From Spirochaetia bacterium (lineage in GTDB: Bacteria; Spirochaetota; Spirochaetia; SZUA-6; Bin103): a DNA stretch of 64,000 bases. The stretch covers positions 224,001 to 288,000 of the forward strand of contig CBDATQ010000001.1 of NCBI GenBank assembly GCA_965199955.1, written 5' to 3'. Both the position numbers and the translations under genes were made by a program. Of the stretch, positions 30,475 to 39,433 are shown piece by piece. The notes under the pieces were generated by a model. The model saw only the letters and a list, made by a program, of their open reading frames with translations, made no database searches and was not told the DNA's origin. Position 1 is the stretch's first letter. Each line of letters opens with the position of its first letter.

Positions 30475-31907
30475 CGCGGCCCCGCGTGCTGCCGCATCGC
30501 CAGCAGGTTCTCCGCCATGCTCAGCAGCGCGTCGGCATCTTCGACCCCGCGCGCCAGCGACGAGTAGCCCACCCTGAACTCCGGACGAACCTCGCCGATA
30601 TCGTCCGGCCAGGTCGTCTCGGACGCCCACCTGAGGAAGTCCAGCGCCAGCAGCGCCGCGCCGTCGAAGTCCAGGGCGGGACAGATCACCGCCAACTGGC
30701 CCTCGTGCTTGTAGTGGAAGCAGCGTACGGAGCCTGCCGCGGCCTCCTTCGCTGCGCGGAACACGCGCGCGACCACGTCCGCGGCGCGGTCCGGACCGGC
30801 GCCGCTCGCCAGGCGGTGGTAGTTGACGACCTCGATGAGGACGACGCTCAGGCTCCCCCCCTCGGCGGCGCGGCACGCCACCTCGGACGGCAACACCCGG
30901 GCGAGCTGCTCGAAACGCGGATAGCCGGTGTCCCCGGCCCGGTCGGAGGGCTCCAGGCCCGCTTCGTAGGCGATCGCCTGCTCGAGCGGCGCCGCCGCAA
31001 CCGCCGCGACCAGCAGCAGCAGGTGCTCGGTGTGGGCGTTGAACCGCTCGAACGGGAGGTCCTCGATGAGGATCACTCCCCAGGCGCGGGTGCCCGCGCG
31101 CAGCGGCGCCGCATAGACCACCGTGCTGCGGTCGACGCGGCGCAGCGTGTCGTAGCGCGCGAGGTGCTTGGCCGAGAACAGCCGGTCGTTGCGGAGCACC
31201 CAGCCCTCGATGCTGCCCGTGACCGGCAGGCGGCGCGCGGCGTCGTCCTCGGCGTCCCAGCCTGCCGTGACCCGGACCACGAGCTCACCGGCCTCCGCGT
31301 CGAGCTGCCACAGCGAGCAGCGCTCGGCGCCGGTGAGCTCCGTGACCGTGTCAAGCACCACGAGCAGCGTGTCCTCCACGTTCTGGGACGACAGCTCCCG
31401 CCAGCGGGCGTGCAGATACGCCAGCGAGTCGGGCTGGCCGCTCACCCGCCGCTCCAGCTCGCTCGTGGCGGCCAGCAGCGCCGTCCGCTGGCGGTCCACG
31501 ACGTCGCGCTCGCGACCGAGCTCGGCTGCCTCGCGCCGCAGGCGGCGCTCCCGCCTGGCGTGCGCGAAGTGGATCAGGCCGAACAGGAGGACACCGAGCA
31601 CGCCGGTCAGAGCGAGCATGGGCACCTGCGGGTCCGCGAGCGGACCGGTGGCGACCCAGTCGGCCGTGATGGTGAGCCGGGCCGGCGCGCGGGGCAGGAC
31701 CTCGAAGGCCAGATACGCCAGCGCCGCCCCCGCCGCCAGCGCGAGGTAGCCGGCCGTCCATCCGCGCAGGGCCGCCATCAGGAACGCCGCGAGCAGATAG
31801 GGATTGACGGCGGCGTCCAGCAGACCGGGATCGTCGGGAGCCAGCAGGTTGAGCCCGAACGCGGTTACTGCCAGGACGAGCGCCTCGATCAGGGACCTGG
31901 CCCGCAC
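30471..31907 (-). CDS. PelD-like membrane protein (TM + coiled coil + GAF + degenerate GGDEF)
   Basis: N-terminal TMs with DPGLL...NPYLL, GAF (CSLWQL, GSIEGWV, AAPL, GVILIEDLPF..FN), C-terminal GGDEF fold without the GGDEF motif. Confidence 0.7.
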   Translation of the reverse strand: MRARSLIEALVLAVTAFGLNLLAPDDPGLLDAAVNPYLLAAFLMAALRGWTAGYLALAAGAALAYLAFEVLPRAPARLTITADWVATGPLADPQVPMLALTGVLGVLLFGLIHFAHARRERRLRREAAELGRERDVVDRQRTALLAATSELERRVSGQPDSLAYLHARWRELSSQNVEDTLLVVLDTVTELTGAERCSLWQLDAEAGELVVRVTAGWDAEDDAARRLPVTGSIEGWVLRNDRLFSAKHLARYDTLRRVDRSTVVYAAPLRAGTRAWGVILIEDLPFERFNAHTEHLLLLVAAVAAAPLEQAIAYEAGLEPSDRAGDTGYPRFEQLARVLPSEVACRAAEGGSLSVVLIEVVNYHRLASGAGPDRAADVVARVFRAAKEAAAGSVRCFHYKHEGQLAVICPALDFDGAALLALDFLRWASETTWPDDIGEVRPEFRVGYSSLARGVEDADALLSMAENLLAMRQHAGPR

Positions 31908-31918
31908 CGCGGTGCCTC

Positions 31919-32719
31919 TCAGGCGCGGGCCATCGCGGCCGATGCCCCGCGCGCCGTGTTGCGGCGCTGGGCGCGGAACAGGGTCCGCGGTGCGGTGCCG
32001 TCGATGAGCGGTTCCAGTGCCGCGCTGCCGTAGCCGACGATCACGTCGATCCCCTGCGCGGTCATCATGGCGGCGGCGTCCACCTTCGACAGCATGCCGC
32101 CCAGGCCCAGCGGGCTCGATTCGCACGAGGCGTGCGCGCGGATGTCGTCGTCGACCCGCTCCACCACCGGGATCAGGGGCCCGTCCGCGCCGCCGGCGTG
32201 CAGGCCGTCGACGTTGGTCAGGATCACGGCAAGATCGGGCCTGACGTGGGTGGCGACCAGCGCGGCCAGGATGTCGTTGTCGGTGAAGTGGCCGCGGACG
32301 TCGAACTCTTCCTTGTTCACCAGGTCGTTCTCGTTGATCACCGGCACCATCCCGCGCGACAGGTACGAGTCCAGGATGCGCAGGATCGTGCGTTCCTCGC
32401 GCGGGGTGTCGAAGTTGTAGTGCGTGAGAAGCACCTGCGCGACCTGTACCCCGTGCTCACCGAAGAGCTCCTGGTAGCAGTTGGCCAGCGGAATCTGGCC
32501 GATGCCGGACAGCATCTGCAGCTCCAGCGGGTCGCCGGGCCGCTCGGTCCTGCCGACCACCTCCATGCCGGCGGCCACCGCCCCGGAGCTGACCAGCAGC
32601 ACCTCGTGGCCGCGGCGGAGCAGCCTGGCGATCTCGGCGACCTTGGCGCGCAGCCACGTCCGGTCGAGCTGCGATCCGGGGCCGATCACCCCGGTTCCGA
32701 TCTTGATGAGCACTCGCAT
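31919..32719 (-). CDS. proB: Glutamate 5-kinase without PUA domain
   Basis: IKIGT, VSSGAVAAG, GIGQ, VINEND, DNDILAA, LTNVDGL, GLGGMLSKV. Confidence 0.92.
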   Translation of the reverse strand: MRVLIKIGTGVIGPGSQLDRTWLRAKVAEIARLLRRGHEVLLVSSGAVAAGMEVVGRTERPGDPLELQMLSGIGQIPLANCYQELFGEHGVQVAQVLLTHYNFDTPREERTILRILDSYLSRGMVPVINENDLVNKEEFDVRGHFTDNDILAALVATHVRPDLAVILTNVDGLHAGGADGPLIPVVERVDDDIRAHASCESSPLGLGGMLSKVDAAAMMTAQGIDVIVGYGSAALEPLIDGTAPRTLFRAQRRNTARGASAAMARA

Positions 32720-32724
32720 CCGCT

Positions 32725-34032
32725 TCAGTCCCTCGGCAGGTCGCGATGATGGAAGCTGCGCGCGCCGCCGGTGTAGTCGGCGACCACGTGGCCGTCGCCC
32801 TGCAGGCGATAGGCGTAGGTGGTCAGCCCTTCGACGCCGACCGGGCCGCGCGCGTGGATGCGCGTGGTGGAGATGCCGACCTCCGCCCCCAGGCCGAAGC
32901 GGTAGCCGTCGGCGAAGCGGGTCGAGCAGTTGCACAGCACCGAAGCGGAGTCGACCTGCGCGAAGAAGGCGTCCGCGGCCTGCCGGTCGGTGGTCACGAT
33001 CGCATCGGTGTGGGCGCTGCCGTGCGCGTTGATGAAGGCGATCGCCTCCTGCAGGCCGTCCACGATCCTGACCGCCAGGATCAGGTCCAGGTACTCGGTG
33101 TCCCAGTCCTCGTCGGCGGCCGGGAGCGCGTCGACCAGCGCGCGCACGCGCTCGTCGCCGCGCAGCTCCACCTGCGGCATGGACTCGCGCAGCCGCGGCA
33201 GGAGTCGCTCCGCGACGTCGGCGTGGACCAGCACGGTCTCGGCCGCATTGCAGACCGCCGGGTACTCGGTCTTGGCGTCGGTGACGATCGCCACCGCCTG
33301 CTCCAGGTCACAGGCGGCGTCGACGTACACGTGGCAGATCCCGTCGGCGTGGCCGAGCACGGCGATGCGCGTCCGGTCCTGGATGCTCCGCACCAGCTCC
33401 GGCGAGCCGCGCGGGATGATCAGGTCGACCAGGTCGTCCATGCGCAGCAGGTCGTCGATCTGGTCGCGGCTGGTCGCCAGGTGCAGCGCGCCCGCGAAGC
33501 CCGGGCCGGTGGCGGTCAGGGCCGACCGGATGCAGTCGAACAGCGCCTGGTTGGACTCGGCCGCTTCCGAACCGCCCTTGAGGATGGCGGCGTTGCCGGA
33601 CTTGATGCAAAGCGAGGCGATCTGCACCAGCGCGTCGGGCCGCGATTCGAAGATCACGCCCAGCACCCCGATCGGCACGGTCACCCGCGTCAGGGTCAGG
33701 CCGTCGTCGAGCTGGCGGGCCAACTGGACGGCCTGGAGCGGATCGGGGGCGGCGGCAACCTCCCGAAGGCTGGCGTCGATGTCGGCCATCTTGCTGTCCG
33801 ACAGGCCGAGCCGGTGGATGAGGGGCTGCGCGACCCCCTCGGCACGGGCGCGCTCCAGGTCGCGTGCGTTGGCGGCCTGGATCGCGTCCCGGTTGCGGTC
33901 GATCTCCTCGGCGACGGCGCGCAGGGCGGCGTCGCGCAGGGTGGGCGGCATGGTGCGCAGGCGGCGGCTTGCCTCGCGGGCGCTGCGGGCCGCCGCCTGC
34001 ATCGTCGGGGTCGTCAGGGTCCGGGTCGTCAT
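32725..34032 (-). CDS. proA: Glutamate-5-semialdehyde dehydrogenase
   Basis: PIGVLGVIFESRP, LKGGSEA, IIPRG, GICHVYVD, CNAAET, STRFADG, HARGPVG. Confidence 0.96.
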   Translation of the reverse strand: MTTRTLTTPTMQAAARSAREASRRLRTMPPTLRDAALRAVAEEIDRNRDAIQAANARDLERARAEGVAQPLIHRLGLSDSKMADIDASLREVAAAPDPLQAVQLARQLDDGLTLTRVTVPIGVLGVIFESRPDALVQIASLCIKSGNAAILKGGSEAAESNQALFDCIRSALTATGPGFAGALHLATSRDQIDDLLRMDDLVDLIIPRGSPELVRSIQDRTRIAVLGHADGICHVYVDAACDLEQAVAIVTDAKTEYPAVCNAAETVLVHADVAERLLPRLRESMPQVELRGDERVRALVDALPAADEDWDTEYLDLILAVRIVDGLQEAIAFINAHGSAHTDAIVTTDRQAADAFFAQVDSASVLCNCSTRFADGYRFGLGAEVGISTTRIHARGPVGVEGLTTYAYRLQGDGHVVADYTGGARSFHHRDLPRD

Positions 34033-34850
34033 GCTCGGCCTCCGGCCAGCTCGCGGCCGCGCTCGGTGGCGGCGGCGATGGTGGCGGCGATCACGGTCTG
34101 CAGGTCGGAGGACTCCAGCACGGCGCGGCCGGCCACGGTCGTGCCGCCGGGCGAGCTGACCATGTCGACGAAGTCCGCCGTGTCGTAGTCGTGCTCCTGC
34201 AGCAGCGTTGCCGTTCCCCTGGCGGTCTGCAGGGTGAGCGCGCGCGCCGCCTCCCGCGGCAGGCCGCATGCTTCCCCGGCGTCGATGAACGCCTGCAGCA
34301 GCCGGGCGATGAACGCCGGTCCCGATCCGGACACCGCGGTAACGGCGTTCAGGTGCTCCTCGTCCACTTCCAGGGCCACGCCGAGCGCGCGCAGCAGACC
34401 GCCGACGACGCGGGCGTCGTTCTCGGTGGCGGACGGGCCGCGGGCGAAGCCGGCCGCCATCTCTCCCACCACGCAGGGCAGGTTTGGCATCACGCGGACC
34501 AGGCGCGCGCCCGGAAGCCAGCCCGCAAGGCGCGCCAGGGTGACGCCGGCGGCGATCGACACCACCAGCCGTCCGGCCAGGTCGACACCTGACCCGGCCA
34601 GTTCGGCGGACGCCGTCTGCAGGTGCTGCGGCTTGACCGCCAGGAACAGGATTTCAGCGTCACGGGCCACGGCGGCGTTGTCCGCGGCCGGCGTGGCGCC
34701 GGTCTCGGCACAGAACCGGTCCATCACGTCCCGGACCGGATCGTACGCCGTGATCGAGCCGGCCAGGCCGGCGGCGTGGATGCCCCGCGCCAGTCCCGAC
34801 GCCATGGTGCCGGCGCCAACGAAGCCGAGGGAGGGTCGTGACGTGTTCAT
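34029..34850 (-). CDS. proC: Pyrroline-5-carboxylate reductase
   Basis: GAGTM, LAVKPQ, SIAAG, RVMPN, SGSGPAF, SSPGGTT. Confidence 0.95.
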   Translation of the reverse strand: MNTSRPSLGFVGAGTMASGLARGIHAAGLAGSITAYDPVRDVMDRFCAETGATPAADNAAVARDAEILFLAVKPQHLQTASAELAGSGVDLAGRLVVSIAAGVTLARLAGWLPGARLVRVMPNLPCVVGEMAAGFARGPSATENDARVVGGLLRALGVALEVDEEHLNAVTAVSGSGPAFIARLLQAFIDAGEACGLPREAARALTLQTARGTATLLQEHDYDTADFVDMVSSPGGTTVAGRAVLESSDLQTVIAATIAAATERGRELAGGRA

Positions 34851-34874
34851 GATTCGCCATCCGGGCGAGCGACG

Positions 34875-36197
34875 CTACGTCGCCCGACGCGGATCGATCA
34901 TGAGGATGCGCGAGCCGCGCTGACGATCATAGAGGCTGCGCCGTGCGGCCGGCAACGCATCCAGGTCGGCGTCCCGGAACCCCAGCTCCCGGAAGAAGTC
35001 GATCGCCTGCGTGGTCAGCACGAACACCCGGCGCGCGCCGCCGTCGCTCGCACGGCGCAGCAGCAGCTCGACCAGGCGGCGGCCGACGTTGGCGGCGCGG
35101 TGCGACGGGTTCACCGCCAGTCCGAAGATCTCCGCGTCTCCGCCGCCCAGCCGGTCCAGCCCGCTGCATCCCTGGATGGTGTCGTCGACGCGGTATACGA
35201 CCCAGTCGTCGATGGCGGCGCCGATCTGCTCCGGCGAGCGCGACACCAGCAGGCCGCGGGTGACCAGTGGCTGCAGCAGGCTCATGATGGCCGGCACGTC
35301 CTCCGGCGTGGCGGCGCCGAAGTCGGAGAAGCGGTCGGCGTACACCATCGTCCCGGAGCCGCCGACGGAGAAGGTCTCCTCCAGCAGCACCCCGTCGCGC
35401 CTGCCGTCGATCACGTGCACGCGCTCGACGCCGCCCCGGCAGGCGTCGATGGCCAGGCGAAGCATCGCCCGCGCCTCGCCGCCCAGGTTGGCGTCCGCGG
35501 CCAGGGCGGCCGCCTCTTCGACCGTCATCGTCGAGAACGCGCCGGAGTCCCGCAGCGGCTGGCCGCCTGCCGGGCGATCGGATCGTCCGGGAGCCGGTAT
35601 CCCGGGCGCGGCAGCGGCGACGAACAGCTTGGCGGCGTGCATGCCGGTGGCGACCGCCACGGCCAGGTCGTCGCTGCCCAGGTTGTAGGCGGTGCCGGCC
35701 GCGTTCCAGCCGATGGTGGTGACGATCGGCACGACCTCGCGGTCGATCAGCGTCCGGATCAGCGCGGCGTCGACCCGTTCCACGCGCCCGGACCGGTCAT
35801 AGTCGATGCCGGCGACCACGCCCAGGGAGCGGGCGCGCACCCAGTTGCCGGAGGCGGCGTGCCCCCCGCACTCGCTGAACAGCGACATGAGCCGCGTGCT
35901 CAGCGCCGCCACCGCGTGGATGACGTGCTCCATCATCGGCTCGGTGGTGACGCGCAGGCCGCGATGGTAGCGGGAAGGCAGCGACGCGCGTTCCAGCGCC
36001 CGGTCGATCGCGCCGCGCGCCCCTGTCACCACCACCGTGCGGATCCCCATGCGCTGCAGCAGCACGATGTCGTGCACGAGCACCGCCGCCATCGGCGACT
36101 CCAGCACGCGGTCGTCCACCTTGATCACGAACAGGCTGCCGCGGAAACGCGCCAGGTACGTGACCGCGTCGCGGATTGCGCCGACCGGTGCGGTCAC
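34875..36197 (-). CDS. argA: Amino-acid N-acetyltransferase (N-acetylglutamate synthase; kinase-like + GNAT domains)
   Basis: Y..RFRGSLFVI, GLRVT, SGNWVRAR.LGV..GIDY..SG.V, GVERVHVIDG..DG.LL.E.F..G.GTM, C-terminal GNAT. Confidence 0.88.
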   Translation of the reverse strand: MTAPVGAIRDAVTYLARFRGSLFVIKVDDRVLESPMAAVLVHDIVLLQRMGIRTVVVTGARGAIDRALERASLPSRYHRGLRVTTEPMMEHVIHAVAALSTRLMSLFSECGGHAASGNWVRARSLGVVAGIDYDRSGRVERVDAALIRTLIDREVVPIVTTIGWNAAGTAYNLGSDDLAVAVATGMHAAKLFVAAAAPGIPAPGRSDRPAGGQPLRDSGAFSTMTVEEAAALAADANLGGEARAMLRLAIDACRGGVERVHVIDGRRDGVLLEETFSVGGSGTMVYADRFSDFGAATPEDVPAIMSLLQPLVTRGLLVSRSPEQIGAAIDDWVVYRVDDTIQGCSGLDRLGGGDAEIFGLAVNPSHRAANVGRRLVELLLRRASDGGARRVFVLTTQAIDFFRELGFRDADLDALPAARRSLYDRQRGSRILMIDPRRAT

Positions 36198-36260
36198 GTG
36201 GTCCCCGTTCGCGTATGCGCCTTGACACGACACCGCTCTTGAGCGGACATTGGCTCGGTC

Positions 36261-36947
36261 ATGATAACCAACCGCAGCCTCCGTTTCGCGCTCTGCACCC
36301 TTCTCCTGCTGGCCCCGCTCGCCACGCTGGCCGCGCAGGAGATGGACATGATGCAGGACGACGAAGGTTTCTACATCACGGCCGGCTACTCCGCAGCGAC
36401 GCCCGGCACGATAGTTGGCTCCAACGAAGACACTAGCGCTTCGGTCGGGACCGGATTCGGCTACCTCGGCGGCCGGTTCGGCATCGGCTACGCCGTGGCC
36501 GGGTTCCGGCCGGAAGCTTCCGTCGGCTACCGCAGCGCCACGATGACATCACTGCAGGTCACGAAGCCCGCCAATTTCCGGTTGGAGCTGGACAGCGGCA
36601 CGGTCAGCTCGATCGATCTGGCGGCCAACGTCTACTACGACATCGACAGCGGCGGACCGTTCTCCCTCTACCTTGGGGTCGGCGGAGGATTGTCGCTGAT
36701 AACGGTGACGCTGCCGGACACCGTTGACGAACCTTTCAGGACGACCTATAGCGATTCGGCGTCGGCGCTTTCCGCTCAGGCGGCCGCCGGCATCGGCTAC
36801 GACATCATGGACGCCCTGACGCTCACGCTCGGCTACCGGCTGGTAGCCACGATGGAAGCCAACTTCAGCAAGTACAGCACGACTGGGGCGAAGACGGACC
36901 TGGCGCTCGGCCACAACATCGAGGCGGGGCTGCGCTTCCTGTTCTGA
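36261..36947 (+). CDS. Outer-membrane beta-barrel protein (opacity/OmpA-like, 8-stranded)
   Basis: Signal peptide, GFRPE..VGYR, NVYYD, YLGVGGG, AGIGY, LTLGYR, C-terminal GLRFLF. Confidence 0.82.
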   Translation: MITNRSLRFALCTLLLLAPLATLAAQEMDMMQDDEGFYITAGYSAATPGTIVGSNEDTSASVGTGFGYLGGRFGIGYAVAGFRPEASVGYRSATMTSLQVTKPANFRLELDSGTVSSIDLAANVYYDIDSGGPFSLYLGVGGGLSLITVTLPDTVDEPFRTTYSDSASALSAQAAAGIGYDIMDALTLTLGYRLVATMEANFSKYSTTGAKTDLALGHNIEAGLRFLF

Positions 36948-37534
36948 TGAGCGCACACGGTAGCCTCCGCGTCGCGGTCTGCGCGCTGCTTGCGCTGGCT
37001 CCGCTCGTCAACCTGGCCGCGCAGGAAGAGACGCCGGGCGGTAGAATCTATGTCAGTGCCGCCTACGGCATCGTGCTCCCCGCCGACCGAACGATCGGCG
37101 AAGAGACGCTCACGACCGACGTGGGCCTGCTCGGCGGCCACGCCGGCGTCGGCTTCCACGTGCTCGGCTTCCGCCCGGAGTTGTCGGCCGGCTATCGCCT
37201 GACCAACGTCAAGGACCGGGAAGAGCAGTCCATCACCGCGATCGACGTGATCGCCAGCGTCTACTACGACCTCGGCATCGGCATTCTGATCGCCCCCTAC
37301 GTGGGCGTCGGCGGCGGGGTGTCGCAGTCCACCGTCAAGCAGGAGAAGAGCAAGTCGGTATTGACACCGGCTTTCCAGGGTGCCGCGGGCATCGGCTTCG
37401 TCCTGGGAGACCTGACCCTCACTCTGGGCTATCGCCTGCGCGGCACGACGGACGCCGAGATCCCGGATACGAAGGAACTGTTGAAGGCGGGCCTCGCTCA
37501 CAGCCTGGAGGCGGGGCTGCGCTACTCGTTCTGA
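36947..37534 (+). CDS. Outer-membrane beta-barrel protein, tandem paralog
   Basis: Same motif series, ending GLRYSF; TGATG overlap with the previous gene. Confidence 0.82.
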   Translation: MSAHGSLRVAVCALLALAPLVNLAAQEETPGGRIYVSAAYGIVLPADRTIGEETLTTDVGLLGGHAGVGFHVLGFRPELSAGYRLTNVKDREEQSITAIDVIASVYYDLGIGILIAPYVGVGGGVSQSTVKQEKSKSVLTPAFQGAAGIGFVLGDLTLTLGYRLRGTTDAEIPDTKELLKAGLAHSLEAGLRYSF

Positions 37535-37567
37535 AACTCCGGCGACGGCCGGTGAGGCGCCGGAGTT
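37535..37567 (+). terminator. Hairpin downstream of the OMP pair
   Basis: AACTCCGGCG (37535-37544) pairs with CGCCGGAGTT (37558-37567); weak U-tail. Confidence 0.45.
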
Positions 37568-37601
37568 CCCCGAGCCGTGAGCGACGACCGGGTCGATTCG
37601 G

Positions 37602-38660
37602 ATGACCGGCTCGATTCCCGTGGCGGGCGCAGGGAATTGCTGCACTCCCAGCCGTTCCCGGCCCGCAGCGGCGCCGGTGCCGCGCCGCTCCCGCTCCGGC
37701 CCCACGCCGGGCGCGGCGCCGGGACCGGACGCCGCGCGCCGGTTGCTGGCCCGCGTCGGCAATACGGAGCGCCGGCGCTGCGACGCGCTTGCCGGCCGCG
37801 TCCCAATCCCCGGCGGCCGCTTCATGATGGGCACCGACAACCCCGACGGCTTCCCCACCGACGGCGAGGGGCCGGTGCGCGAGGTGACCGTCTCACCGTT
37901 CGTCTGCGACGCGTTCTGCGTGACCGGCTACCGCTTCGCGCGCTTCGTCGCCGCCACCGGCTACGTCACGGAAGCCGAGCTGTTCGGCTGGTCGTTCGTG
38001 TTCCACGCGCACGTGCCGGAAGCGGTCGCCGACCGATACGAGGTCCGTAAGGTGCCGGGCGTCGCATGGTGGCGCGGGGTGCCGGGCGCCTGCTGGGCGC
38101 AGCCGGAGGGACCCGGCAGTACGCTGGACGGCCGGCTGGACGAGCCGGTCGCGCACGTGGCCTGGAACGACGCCGTGGCCCTGGCGCGCTTCGAACGGGG
38201 ACGCCTGCCCACCGAGGCGGAGTGGGAGCTGGCCGCGCGCGGCGGGTTGGAGCAGGCGGTCTACTGCTGGGGCGACGAGCTCGAGCCCGGCGGCGAGCAC
38301 CGCTGCAACATCTGGCAGGGAGCGTTTCCCGATCGCGACACGGCCGCGGACGGCTACGCCGGCCGGGCGCCGGTCGACGCGTTCGCGCCCAACGGACTCG
38401 GGCTGCACAGCCCGGCCGGCAACGTCTGGGAGTGGTGCGCGGACTGGTTCGCTACCGACCACGGGACCGGCCGCGTCGACCCGCGCGGACCGGCGCGCGG
38501 GCGCGGCAAGGTGATGAAGGGCGGCTCGTTTCTGTGTCACCATTCGTACTGCAACCGGTACCGGGTCGGCGCCCGCACCGCCAACACGCCCGACAGCTCG
38601 ACCGCCAACTGCGGCGTGCGGCTGGTGTTCCCGCCGGACTCCCAGGAGGCATCGTCATGA
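37602..38660 (+). CDS. Formylglycine-generating enzyme (sulfatase-modifying factor)
   Basis: F.MGT, EGPV, PVAHVAWNDA, RLPTEAEWE, GNVWEW, GGSFLCHHSYCNRYR with both catalytic cysteines. Confidence 0.92.
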   Translation: MTGSIPVAGAGNCCTPSRSRPAAAPVPRRSRSGPTPGAAPGPDAARRLLARVGNTERRRCDALAGRVPIPGGRFMMGTDNPDGFPTDGEGPVREVTVSPFVCDAFCVTGYRFARFVAATGYVTEAELFGWSFVFHAHVPEAVADRYEVRKVPGVAWWRGVPGACWAQPEGPGSTLDGRLDEPVAHVAWNDAVALARFERGRLPTEAEWELAARGGLEQAVYCWGDELEPGGEHRCNIWQGAFPDRDTAADGYAGRAPVDAFAPNGLGLHSPAGNVWEWCADWFATDHGTGRVDPRGPARGRGKVMKGGSFLCHHSYCNRYRVGARTANTPDSSTANCGVRLVFPPDSQEASS

Positions 38661-39394
38661 CCGATCGCGAACAGGCGCTGGCCGAGCTCGACATCCACGG
38701 GTTCACGGTCGTGCAGGAGGTCCTCGACGCCGCTCAGGTGGGGGCGATGAAGGCCGCCCTGATGCGCTGCGAGCGCGAGGTGGGCACCGATCACCGCCAC
38801 CGCGGCGCGGCCCGTCACGTGGCCAACCTGCCGACCCTGGATCCGGTGTTCTTCACGTGCCTGGATCACCCGAAGATCCTGCCGCTCCTCGTCCACTACC
38901 TGGGGGACACGCTGATCCTGGCCAGCCTGAACGCGCGCATCGTGCGGCCGGGCGACGGGGACCAGGGGCTGCACAGCGACATCGGCGCGGACCTGCTGAA
39001 CATGGCCTCACCGGTGATGATGAACACCGTGTGGATGCTGGACGACTTCTCGGCCGAGAACGGCGGCACGCGCGTCGTGCCCGGCTCGCACCGAAGCGGG
39101 CTTCAGGAGCCGCCGGAGGGATTCCGCGTCCGGCACATGCACCAGGCGCAGGCGCCCGCCGGCAGCGTGCTGGTGTTCAACGGCCAGTGCTGGCACGGCG
39201 GCGGCGCCAACCGCTCGCAGGGCCGGCGGCACGCGCTGTTCGGCCACTATCGCAAGCACCTCATGCGCTTCCAGGTGGACCCGCACGAGGGGTTCCCGGC
39301 GGAGTGGCTGCCGCTGCTCAACGGCCGGCAGAAGCGCCTCTTGCGCATGCACAACGGACTGGGCGCCCCCCGTTCCGCCGACTCCCACCGCTGA
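38657..39394 (+). CDS. Phytanoyl-CoA dioxygenase (PhyH) family Fe(II)/2OG enzyme
   Basis: HSD facial triad, WMLDDF..ENGGTRVVPGSH, WHGGGANRS; ATGA overlap with the FGE gene. Confidence 0.9.
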   Translation: MTDREQALAELDIHGFTVVQEVLDAAQVGAMKAALMRCEREVGTDHRHRGAARHVANLPTLDPVFFTCLDHPKILPLLVHYLGDTLILASLNARIVRPGDGDQGLHSDIGADLLNMASPVMMNTVWMLDDFSAENGGTRVVPGSHRSGLQEPPEGFRVRHMHQAQAPAGSVLVFNGQCWHGGGANRSQGRRHALFGHYRKHLMRFQVDPHEGFPAEWLPLLNGRQKRLLRMHNGLGAPRSADSHR

Positions 39395-39433
39395 GGAGCG
39401 GAGCGCTCGCTACTCAATCGGCTATCGGTACCA

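Noticed and set aside
24252..31907. Pel exopolysaccharide locus with the GT4 enzyme as PelF
   Set aside because: The GT4 protein has BshA-specific motifs and sits with bshC; no PelE or PelG candidates
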